From NCBI GenBank assembly GCA_036172245.1, contig JAYWIR010000002.1, forward strand, positions 2,480,001-2,544,000: DNA of 64,000 nucleotides, given 5' to 3'. How positions within the stretch are numbered: position 1 is the first letter of the stretch; each line of letters begins with the position of its first letter. The notes beneath the pieces were generated by a model, which was not told the origin of the DNA, ran no database searches, and saw only the letters and a list, made by a program, of their open reading frames with translations. Source of the DNA: Raillietiella orientalis. Taxonomy: Eukaryota. Of the stretch, positions 24,901-36,900 are shown in pieces. Made by a program: the position numbers and the translations under genes.

Positions 24901-27900
24901 TGCTATAAAGTGGAGAAGGAAAAGGGGCGTTATCCCAGCATTTGTTTTTGTCAGCGTGCCATATTTCGGGTGCTCGGTCTGGACAAAAGTTTTATCTTGG
25001 AGCTAAAAGTAGATCGGTTTCGGCTTAGCGAAGTGCTTCGAGGAGAATCACAAGATAAGGCGTTAATGCCAAGGAAACCTCCATCAGCTCCTGCCGACGA
25101 AGATAAGCCGAGCCGAGCCTAGGAGCGTTCCCCGCCGAGGGGACCTTGGTTCAGACAGCGGGGCGCTCGGCAGATGGCGCTGGGGGGTTCGTTTCCGGGA
25201 GGGGCTGTGAAAAGAAGAGTTGCCCTCCCCGTGGCACAGCATCCCTCGTTCTCATCTCGTCCGGGGTGGAGGGGAGGGAGCAAACGGCCGGGAGAGCCTC
25301 TCGCCTTTCGTGGCAGCCGTCTTCTGCCTTGCTTGAGGACTGCATTCGCTCGACTCCCCTCCGTTCAGTTCACGGACTTACGGGGAAGAGCGGTGGGAAC
25401 CTGCTCTAGGAAAAGTCCCGGAAGCAGTTAGGGGAGCGCCAGGAGTCTCCTCCGAAGGCGGGAAAGCATTCCCGCTCACATGACCACGCAGGGCGCGGCG
25501 CAGTTCTGCGTGCGTCACGATGCGCGGCGCGCTAGGGCCCTTCCTTGCAGGGTCGCATGGAGCGGAGGGGGATATTCGCACAGGCACCTACAAAGGGATC
25601 CTGGGTGTACGCGGCGCGGTGGCCGCCTCCTGGGAACCCTCGGCGGCGTCTCGTCGACCCCGCGTTCCAACCGGTCGCCCTCCGCGGGAGGGAGCGTCGC
25701 CTCCGGCGTTCCTCTGCGCAAGGCGAGTCTCCTCGAGAGACTCCAGTTCTCTCGGCGTCGCAGCAGCCGCAGCTTAAGAGACCCCGGCGTCCTGAGGAAC
25801 CGAGATGCTCTCTCCCCTTCCTCCTTTCTTGTGCATTCTGATGGACCGAAGGGTGCTCGTTCGGACACTCTGAGGGGTAGCGGGTTCCCGGACGAGCGGA
25901 CAGATCCTCCATCTCTCCTTCTGGTGCCTCGGTGCCCGAATGCTCTCTGTACCCCTCCTTCCTCCCCCTCCTCCTCCTCTGCCTCTTCCTTGCCCCCCTC
26001 GCGACGGAGACCGCTGCCCCGAGCAGTGTCTTCTTCGAGGATCCAAGGACCCCTCTCCGCTCTCCTCCTCCCTTCCCCCTCTCTGCCTGACTACTCGAAG
26101 GAGGAAACGTCCTATGGCTGAAGGATCCTCCCCATCCCTAGAAAGGAGCTTCCTCGCAAGAGCTTCCTTACTCTCCCAGGGTTCCGGGTGTCTCTTGGAG
26201 GGAGAGCAGATGCGCGCCACTCTTCCCCTGGTAAGCGAACCCTCGCTCCCTCCCAGTTTTCCTACCGAGAACGCGAACCGGGGACTCCTGAAGGACTTCC
26301 GAACGGGGAGACCGGGAAATACGTGTGGGAAGGGCAGAACCAGGCCTTTTTCGTTTTCCCCGTCAATTACAGGATCAGATGAGCAGTTGGATGGAGGTCA
26401 TACGGCGGGAATCCGGGAGATCGGGAGGATCAACCGATGGAAGGAGCTACGGCCGCTGGCGGGCTGGGTCGGGAGACTCGAGGTCTTACTGTCGGAAAGG
26501 AGGCATGGAGTGTAGGGAGGCATGGCACGATGGGATGGACCAGACTAGAGGGACGCGGGGAACCTGACCTGCGCTCTCTCCGAGATTGTCGGCGTTTCCA
26601 CGTGGTCCTTGCCCTTCCCTGGGGATAGAGGCCAGCCGGAGGAGGAGGTCCCTGCTGCCTCCGCGGCGACCGAGGCGGGAAAAGCGGTCGCTTCCGGGAC
26701 CCGCCGTTCTCGCGCGGTAATACGAGGGAAAAGTGGAGGGGAGCGGAAAGAGGAGGCCCCTTTCTCGAGCTCGGGGGAGGGGGAAGTCGCAGGCAACTTC
26801 CTCATCTCCCTCCCCCTTTCCCTACCCACGACGTCCGGAGGGGCTCTGTCGGGGCGTTTGTTTGCTTTCGCCTCCTGCTCTGCTCCACAGGCGAGGATCG
26901 AGCCTCGGACAATCCTTCTGAACGAGGAAAGGGGGGAGGGGGAGGGAGAAAAACTAGGAATTTCAGTTTCGGAGTCCTGTCTAGAGAAGCACGGGAAAAG
27001 AGAGTTGCTTGAGATCCCTGCCACGAACTGGGATTTCCGTCTGGGATTCCGGGATTCGGCATTCACCCTTTGCTCACTAGCATTGCCTCTGAGTTCATCC
27101 CGGAGGGATCGGGCGTCGCTGGCCTCAGAAAGAGGAGACCGGAAAACGGTCTCGTCTTGCGGGAACAGGAAGGCGAATCATCCTCTCCAATCTCCGTTCC
27201 CGGAGGGGCTTCTGACAGATAGGGCATTCGTCTGTGGTTTCTCAAGGATCTGCGAGGCTTCTATTGTGCACTCCTCCTTTTCTGCAACTTCTCTCTCCCC
27301 CTTTCCATTTTTTCCCTTTCCTTGTCCAGACCTACCGCTCCACTCCATCCGGGTGTTGATCTTGATGAGTCTTCTCCCATGGGCTCCCCTTCTCTGCCTC
27401 CTGGATTTCCGGCAGCGCGGCAGCGCTCCAGCCGACGAGCACCAATACGTTTCCAGGGATGTAATCCCGGAGGATTCCTGCCGGATGATGCGGGGATCTT
27501 CCCAGCCAGCTCGCGTCCCGTGTTTCCGGACGGGCAGCCATCCCCCCGTCCTGCTTCCCCTTCTCTCGGGGAGCAGACCTCATCATCCCAGCACTTCACC
27601 CGAAGCAGAGATGCAGGAGTCTCCCTGCCGTTTCGGGAACAGGCAAGGAGGCGCACGCGGCAGCCGGGAATCCCTGGAGGAGGGCGCATTCCTCGGAAAG
27701 GACTGCTCCGGGAAGAATTGACCAGATCTTCTGCCTTGGAAGCGTGTAAGGGCCCCTGACTCAGAATCATCCCACAGCCGTCCCAGAAAGGCACGCGTAG
27801 GATCAGGAATGATCGGCACGTGGGCGGCGTCCACGACTCCCCACGCGCCCCTTTCGTCCCTTGCGTGAGGGCAGTAAGTCCTTGGCTCATCCCTTCCTTT

Positions 27901-30900
27901 CCCTTCCATTTGCTCAAGTATCTGTCCTCCTGCCCTCCAGGACAGCGTCAGGTCCTCCCATATTTCCCTTGCTACACGGAGGGAACCAGGAGAACGCAGG
28001 GGGAGACGATCCTTGGGAGGAGGAGGAGTTTCCCCCTTCGTTTTCCACTGACCCATGTCCAACTGGTCTGTCCATGTTTTGTTGTTCCATCTCTGTCCAT
28101 TGGCCAGAAAGACCGCTGCCGGAGGGGCACGGCCATCCGGAAGAGTTTTCCGGAAGCGTCCCTCCCGATGCGGCCGAGAGGCTGCTCCAGGGAGACGCGC
28201 ACCCGTTTCTCCCTCAGCAACGAGGATGGTCCCTCCCCCCAGTCCCACTACTTCTATCTTCTTTCCCTCAGGTCAGGTGCGCGCCGAGTACTACGGGACG
28301 TACGTCGGGCGTTTCGGAAACCACAAGATCCAGGGCCATGTCTTCGCAGTGGACGAAGCCATCCTCTTCGTCAAGAACTTCACCTTCGACTCTCAGGGAT
28401 CGGGTGAGGGCGGCCCCTCCCCCCACCTTCTCCCAGCCCCCACCTCCCTTTCTTGGGACCGGGAAGAAACGGGACCGGGAATTACCCTCTCCGCGGTCCT
28501 TCTCCCGGGAGAGAGAGAGAGAGTCACGGCGGAACTCTCCCCTCCCCGTCGAGGAAGAGTGAGCGGGGACAGGCGAGCGGGAGCGGATGTGCTCGCAGGG
28601 GTGCAAGAGCGTCCCAATCTGGGAATTCCCTGTCCACAGAATGCCCTCCCTCCCCCCTGTCACTCCCTGGAGGACGGCGTTCCTGCCCACGGGAACGCCG
28701 CACATCCATCCGGAAAAGAGGGTGAACGGGAGAGCAGCTTGGGTTCCCGCCAGGCTTCGGGGTGAGCCTCCCTCCCCGGACGCTCCCCTTCCCGCTGGGA
28801 TCTCTCGCAGAGGGAGAAACATCAGTTCTCTTCTCCAGATGCGTACTTTTGGGTCGGACGCGGGAAGCAGCCCTCTCCAGCGGGCACCATCGTCCCCTAC
28901 CCCTACGGATTCCAGTACAGGTGAGTGCCGGAGGTCGCGCGGGCAAAGGGGGTGTCCCGCGTCGCGGGGCAGCTCTCTCGGAACCTATCTCCCCCGCCCC
29001 TTCCTCACCGCCTCCTTCCGCGAACCGGACAGGTGCTCACCCCGCCGCTCTTGCTCTCCCCTTCCTCCTCCCCGAGAGCCGGCTCGCTTTCCTGGTGGCC
29101 TCCCCTTCCAGGCAGGTTCCTCCTGCCCGTGGGCAGGGTGCGGTGTTGGGAGACTGCCGTTCCCACCATGTCCGAAGGCATGTCCGCCCCTCTCCCGCTT
29201 CCGAGGAATCATTCCACCTGCAGGCGGCGAGGCGCGTCCAGGACTGGGAGGGTCGCGAGCTCCTTCGCATCCTGATCCCGGACCTCCGCGCCTTCAGGTG
29301 AAGAGGAAACAAAGGAAATCCCGCTCGTCCCAGATCTACTGTCCTGCATGCCGGGACTTCCTTTTTTGAGCATCCTGGATTTTTGTTGTGGTCCTTGCCC
29401 TTCCCTGGGGATAGAGGCCAGCCGGAGGAGGAGGTCCCTGCTGCCTCCGCGGCGACCAAGGTGGGAGGAGCGGTCGCTTCCGGGACCCGCCGTTCTCGCG
29501 CGGTAATACGAGGGAAAAGAGGAGGGGAGCGGAAAGAGGCGGCCCCTTTCTCGAGCTCAGGGGAGGGGGAAGTCGCAGGCAACTTCCTCATCGCCCTCTT
29601 CTTTCACTCTCCACGACGTGCTGAGGGGCTCTGTCGAAGCCGTTTGTTTGCTTTCTCCTTCCGGCTCTGCTCCCCAGGCCAGACTGAGGCCTCAGACGAT
29701 CCTTTCAAATAATGAAAGGAGGAGGGGGGGGGGGAATCTTGTGGGAATTTCACCCTCTCCTTTCTCTTGCCCACCCATTCCCTTCCCTGGGAGGCTGCTG
29801 GACGCTGCTTCCCTAGCGGGGAAGATTCGGGCCGGGCAGAGGGACAGGAGGGGCCCCGACGGGAGACGGCAGTGCAAGGGGGACGCGAAAACGCTGCATT
29901 GCTTTCCCTTCCCCATCCATCCCAATCCGACCGCCTTCCGTTCCAGGGAGACCCCGCCCCTCAAGAAGTTCCAGGGAGACGACATCCTCCTGAGACTCCC
30001 GGCACCACTGAGGCTGAGCGAAATTTCCTGGCTCTGCGTTTGGAGCAGGCGGTTCACGGTACGTCCGGCGCGGCGAGTCCCGACGAGCGGGGGGAGGGGA
30101 GGCCTCAGATTTCCTGAGCGATCGTCCCCCTCACTCAGTCCCCGAAGACGAGCGCAGCAGGTGGTAGGATCGGGAGAGGGGAATCCAACGCCCTCGTCTT
30201 CCCTCTCTCTCCCCTTCTTCAAGGAAAGAGGAGGGAGCGACCCGGCCTCCTTGGAGAGGACCAACGGTTCCGAGGAAGGGGACGACTGCTCCTTCGGGAG
30301 CATTCGACCCCTTCTCACAGGGAAATAATGGGCGCTTTCCCCTCCTCCTCACCTCCTTCGCGGACTTCCTCCGCGTTCGTCCATGTCCCGTCCGCCTTCC
30401 CTTCTCGCCTGCCCGCTCCCGAACGGTCTGCTTGCCCGTCAGATCAACTTCGGGGCAGTGCACATCCCGAGGAACCTGCGCATCCCCCGGCCGAAGGTTC
30501 TGGACCAGTTCCGGGGTTTCGCTCACGGCCTGTCTTCCGGAAACGTCACCATCCTGGACATGAAGACCCTGTACATCCCCAACCTGCACTACGACGGCCA
30601 GGATCCTCCCGCCTTCTTCTGGGTCGGAAAGGGACCGGAGCCCTCACTCGACGGCATCAGTCTGGCCAACGAAGTGGGAAGGTTCGGCTCCTCCCAGTAT
30701 GCCCCGGGGGAAAGGGGAAGGGGAGGGGCAGTTCCTCACGGGAGAAAGAAGAAAACCCCGCTTTCGTCCTGCTCGCTGCCCCCTCATCCCCTTCACCTCC
30801 CCCTTCCCTCCTCCCGGTTCCCTCTCGCACCTTCTGTCCTCCCCCCTTCCACTTACGATTCCAGGAAGGACCGCGTGAGGCGTTACTCCGGGGAGGACAT

Positions 30901-33900
30901 CCAGCTCACGCTGCCCTCCGGCATGACCGTCGCGGACATCGACTGGCTCTCTATCTGGAGCGTCCTAGCGCGGCAGGACTTCGGACACGTCATGATCCCC
31001 AGGAACGTCATTGTCCCACCTTCCCTGGGCCAGACGAAGGTCACCGTAAGTGCCCGCTTCCCAACTGCCTTCCCCAGCCCCATTCCGTGTATCCGTTCCA
31101 GCCGCACTGGTGGTACAACCCGGTAAGGCGTCCAGAGGGAAGCTGGGGGCCTCTCCGCCGAAGGGAAAGCATTGGAAGAGGAGAGGGAGGAGCGTCAGTG
31201 CCTGGAACGGTCTCCTCCAGGAGGGAACAGGGGGTGCCCGTGTTTCTCTCAAACATGCGCTTCCTGGAACGTCCAGACAACAGAGAAGGGCACTCTCTCC
31301 CCTTTTTCACCTCCTCCCTACGCTCCATGATCCCGTTCTCCCCGTCAGCCAGCCAGGATGCCTATTCCTTTCCTTCCAAGAGGAAACCTCAGGGTGACCT
31401 CTCCCATTTCTGTTCCCTTCTGCGAGTTTCACGGACGATCGCTCACTTCACCTTCCCGAACCCACTTCGAGACTCGCGGACCGCCTCGCGAGACTCCCGG
31501 GAAGAAGGAAAATGAGAGGGGGAGGGGAAAGGAGGGGAAGAGAGTGAGGAAGGTTCTGGTGCATCAGTAGGTCTCTGAAGGAGCAGCGACGCGAGCCCAT
31601 AATAGGAATGTTCTCTCTCCGGGAACGGACTTTTCCCAGCCGCGTTGCTTTGGTTTCTTCAGTTCATTCCTGGAGCTGCCGGCATGGCCGCTCCAAGGTC
31701 ACGCTCATCCCGGTGGCACCCAAACTGGCCCCCTTCCAGAGGTTCTTCACCTCCCTCGGAAGTCTGGGATCTCCTCCTAGATCCCGACTGTGAAAACAAA
31801 GGGGGAAGGGGGAATATCGGTGCTCACGGAGCACGGCCTCTTCCTCTGCCTCCTCTCTCCCAGGGAGGGCCGCTCGTGTCTTTCGTCTCGTTTCCGGAAC
31901 GCAGCGTGGATCTTGGGGATCTTTCCTGAGGGGTGGCGGCTGACCAGCCCGACCGCCTTCGTGGAAGCTGTTCCGGAATGAACCCTCCCGTGCTTCTCCT
32001 ACGGTCTTCTCCTTGTTTCGATTCCCGACCCGCCAGCCCTCCCGCATCCTTCTGCCACAGCCGCTCCCGGCGTTTTCCAGGTATTCGTCCTCCATGGGTT
32101 CAGCCGTTCCCGTGCCAGGAAGGCACTCCCCTTCGAGGGCTGATGCCAAGCCACAGCGTCCGAGGGTCGTCCGAGAACGAGAGGGTGCGTAGGAGGAACG
32201 GTTGTCCGGACCTTCCATCCCATACCCATGACATTAGTGAATCGAAAATCTCCAGAGTGTGCAAGAAGCGCTTCCAGGAGCATCCTTCAGGGAATGGGAA
32301 GCGTCCCTTCGGGATCTTCTTCAGAAGAGGAGGAAGCAAGAAGCGGTTCCCTTCGGGACTCCCCTCCGGAGAAGGAATTTCAGGAGCAGATACTCTCCCG
32401 GTTCCTTTGGAGAAGAAATAAGGAACGTCTCCCGGAAGGGTCCCCCTCCAGGGCCAGGACTCCTTCCTCAGAGCCTTTCTGGATTCATAGCGTCATCCCC
32501 TCCTGGGGTACCCCCTAATTCGAAGAGTCAACACACACCTTCGAGTGGCTTGGATCATTCTCACTCCCTCGGTATTCAGATCAGTGTTCCTCCTTCGCAC
32601 ATTCGCCGGCTTCCCTCAGAGCTGGAGCGACGCGGAGAGGGGTCGGAGAGGACGGCCGGCAGCCGGAGCCGCCGCCCTCCGGCGGGCGTGTCCCTTCTGA
32701 CATCTGGGAGGCGATCTCTTTAGGAAATTCTTGTTCCCTCCCTCCCTCCTCTTGCAAGAGAGGACTCCTTCGCACGTCTCTCGTGCCTGCCGCTCTCCTT
32801 CGGTCCCCCTGGCGGGTAGCGGGATAGATCGAGGTTGAGCTTCCCCCTCTCTTTCCCCCTTGCGGGCCCCTTGCGCTGAGTGAGGCGCCGGTGCTTGTTC
32901 AGGCACCAGCCACGCCACCGCGCCGCTGATACCGATCGTTGGCACCGTTAGACTGCAAGACTGCAGGAGCGGTCCCACTTCTGCTCGCACCTTCCTGCCT
33001 CCCTTCCCCGCCCCTTCCCAGGTTTCCCAGAGAGGCGACTGTGAGGCAAGTTGATTCCAAATAGAAGGCAGGGAAGGCTGACCTCCCTCAACCCTCCAAA
33101 TGGTCCTTCCTCTTTTCCTTGACACTGGACGGCAGTCTCCTTTTCCCTTCTCAATCAGGGCAGTGGGAACATTTCCTGCTCAGGGAAGTGCGCCTCGGGT
33201 AGGATGTGACTCCGTCTCCACAATCGGTGACGCCCTTGAGTTGCCTCAGGAGCAGCCCCCACGCCTCATTTCCTCTTGAGGACCAATGTCACTCGTTGAC
33301 CGATGTCAAGATAGGCCGCTCTGGGTAGAACCGTCCTGTCGCGCGCGCTCTCCCTCCAGCATCTCTCTGGAAGCCCCCACCCACCCCTTCCTAAGCCTCT
33401 TTTCCCAGCCTCCTACCAGGGGACGAGGTAAAGGACAGCACCCTTTCCTTCCTGCCCCTAGATCCACCCCTCTGACCCGCCTCTCCTGCCCCGCTCCTGG
33501 TGCCTTTCAGGTGCTCCTGCCTCGCCCTCAGAGGATACCGGGGGATCGTGCCGATAATGAAGCCAACGCTTTTCCAGATGCTTCGCGAAGCCGAGAGCGT
33601 AGGAGAACAGAGAGAGGCTCCCTTTAGCAGGGTTTCTTTCTCCTCTATTTTCCTACTCTCCTCCCGGGAACACCCCCCCCGCCGCCCCGAGTCCACCTTT
33701 TAAGCAGCGGTCCAGCGACCCCCGAGAGTCCGGAGTCCCCTTTTCACTGAGCGACCGCGTGCTCTCCTCTCCCGAAAAACAGGGATGAGGCATCCATGTA
33801 TACCCTCTCAGACTCGGAAGGGGGAACCAAGCGGGAATCTCCAAGACTTCCTGCCGCTCCTAGGCTTCTTGGACACGCCTCGAGATATTCGTGCTCCCGT

Positions 33901-36900
33901 GACTACCTTCCCTCCCGGTCACCTGTCATCCCCCCTCTCGGAATTCCTCCTCCTCCAGTCTACAGGGAGAGGGGATGAGCCGCTTGGCCCGCGCACTTCC
34001 TCCCTTGTGTTCCTCCTGGATCACTCTTCGAATGCGTGAGCAGGAACGCATTCGGGGATCTACCGCTCCTTCCCTTTCCCTTCGGCTGGCTCTTCGGGTT
34101 TCGGACGCTTCCTGGAATTTGCTGAGATCCCTTCCTTCGATCCCGGCTGGCAGAAACCGTATCCATAGCAACGCGGAGACCTTCCTCACCCTTCCTCCTC
34201 TCTCGTTTGCTCCTCTCGAGAGAAAGCGGAGGAGGCTCTTGGCAACTCTCAGCTCCCGGAGCTCTCTCCTAGGATACTCGTAGTTGCCTTCTCCATCTCG
34301 ATCCTGGGAGAGGAAAAAGCCTTCCCGGATGTTTGCTCCTCCTCTGGGAGAGAGGCCAGCCCTTTTTCGCCATCTCCCTCCCCTCTCACTTTTGCCTCCG
34401 CTTATCCCTAAATGTAGGTCTCGTTATGTCTGAGAGAAGACGCGTTTCCGGGAGGGGAGGGGAGCGTCTACCTCTCTGCCTATGGCGGACGGCGCTTTTT
34501 TCTCGATTGCTCCGCCTTCCTCCTCCTCCCATCCTGTTCCTCTCTCCTCCTCCTCCCCCTCCTCTCCTTCGCGCTCCCTCCATGTGGAGGTCCTTGACAG
34601 GTGGCTCCAACATTCCGATGACTTTCAGACCACCCCCTCTTCGAAGATGCACTTCAGCAACTGTATCGAGCCTCTGCCGGGAAAGATGCAGATCCGGTGG
34701 GCGCTGAACGTAGAGGATGCGGTCATCCAGCTATCGGGAAAGTTCACGAAGGACCAGTACATGGCCTTTGGCATTAGCACCGACGACGACAGGTAGAGTG
34801 ACCTTCCTGGTGCGGCCCAGAGATGCCTCGGCGAGGTCGTCCTCCAATCCCTCTCCTTCAGGTCGAGCATGGTGGGGTCAGACGTGACCATCGTCAGCCA
34901 CCAGGGTGCCGACAAGAGCTACCGGATCGATGACTATTTCGTCAGCAGCAAGGTTGAGGTGAGTTGCCCTCTCCCTCCCCTTTCCAGCTGTGTGCTTGTG
35001 CTCCTTTCGCACACTCTGGGGTTGGGGGGGGGGGGAGGTCGAGCGTTTGCGATGCGCACTGAGTGCCTCGGGCTTCCAGTTGGTCTATCCTTTCGGACTA
35101 CAGGAAGCTGATCCCCCTGGGCGAGGGACAAGAGGGAGCGCCCTTTGGCTTCCACACTTCGCTTTCCTCTTCCTCCCCAGCCCCTCTCGGCACGGGAGGA
35201 TTCCAGGAATATTGAGATTCCCTTCCCTCCCTCCTTCTCTCCCGCCAGTGCGACGGGAAGGTCGGGGTGTGTCCCGATGTCAAGCTCGGGGGCCAGAACA
35301 ACATCGTTTTCCAAGGAGGAGAGCACCGGGACGGAATCGTCACGGTGACTTACCGGAAGCCTCTGGTCAGTCACGACCCCTACGACCTCAACGTCACCAC
35401 AGACCGGCCTCTGAGAGTGGTCGCCGCGATCGGCGCGCTGAACCACCGCCGCGAGCCCACCTACCACGCGGACCTGCGAGTGAACCCGGAAGGTGAGCAG
35501 GGGGAGGGGCGATCCTGGCCGCCGACCCAACCTTCTCTTCTCAGACGACCTGCTCATGAACTTCGGCAAGGTGGGCGAGGACAGCTGCCCGTCCTACTTG
35601 TCCAGCCACCGGGACGGGTCGCGGACCGACACGGGGGCGTGGTCGGTGCCCACGCTGGAGGACGAGCACGAGCTCCACGTGCGCGTTGGGCCGAGCGGAG
35701 GAGACGACGGCTACGAGGCCATCACCGGCCGCTCTTCCTGGGGGATGGTGTGGTGGATCAACGGTTATCTCGCCCCGGTCATCATCGTTGTCAGAGGTCA
35801 GGTAATCCGCTCCGCCGATGTGGCCCCACCGTCCCCCCAACCTCCCCTCCCTTAGTCGCCACTCACTCCTTCTCCTCTTCACCGCTCAACCCCTTCACGC
35901 CCCTATCCGACCCCCCAGAGGGCGCCTTTCAGCCAGAAGAGGAGCACAGAGCCATCATTCTGCCCGGAAAAAGCGTCTCCGCCGCTCCCGCTGCTGCCTG
36001 CTCTAGGCTGTTCTTTCCCTCCTTCGGACTCCTTCTTTCCTTCCTTGCCCCTCTACCCATTCTCCTCTGCCTCCGGAAGTCCTGCGTGCGCACGCGTGGC
36101 TGTGTCCACCCCTCAGAGCACCCCTGCGTGCAAGGGAAACTCCAGGGATAGGCGGGACCACGAGAGGGGACGCACATTCCGTGCCCCCTCCGGGTCCCTG
36201 TGTCTCTCAGGGGCGGTAGCCGCTCGGCCACCCTGGACGACGCTTCGAGGGTTTCCACGAGGGTGCAGGCGTTCTTGATGCGGGTCTTCCTCCTTTCCTC
36301 CCCGGTCCTGCCACCCCTCGCGGGCTTCCTGGAGCCACAGGGGCAGCTCCCCCCACCTTTCCCCTCCCCAGGCTACGTCCGTCCGTTCGAAGTCCCCTGA
36401 GACTTCCGGGACTCTGGGGAAGGGAGAGTGTCCCCCCGTCCAGGGGAGCTCCCGACCAACTTTTGTTCCACTGCCCCCCTTTCCCCACCCCTCTTGCGGG
36501 CGCTGATGGGGTCAGTGCGCTCATCTCTCCCCACCCCTCAAGACGTACAACTTCACGGTGGAGGGCGGGGACCGGCCGGACGCTCCTGCGCACTACCACC
36601 CGCTGTACATCACGAGCAGCCCAGAGGGCGGCTACGGCTCCAAGAGCGCCGCGGAACGCAGGAAGGAGGTCATCTTCGCGGGGGTCCACTTCGGCCGGGA
36701 CGGTGACCCCCATCCGACCGCAGGTGAGGACCTCGGAGGAGTGGCGCCTTCCTTCCTCTCCGACAGGGCAAGATGCGCAGCGGGGAGGCTGTGCGAGTAC
36801 CGGATGAAGCTGGGAAAGAGGACGTCTCTCTTCCGCACCTTCGACGACTACAGGAGGGCTGTGCACCTGAGGTGCGACCCGGGAGAGCCGGGAGCGCTGC

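Noticed and set aside
26629-26705. HDV-like ribozyme in the duplicated segment (GGCCAGC..GTCCC..GCC TCCGC GGC..GGGAC)
   Set aside because: There is no P1 3' strand after P3, there are extra bases between P2 and P3, and the J4/2 catalytic segment is absent.
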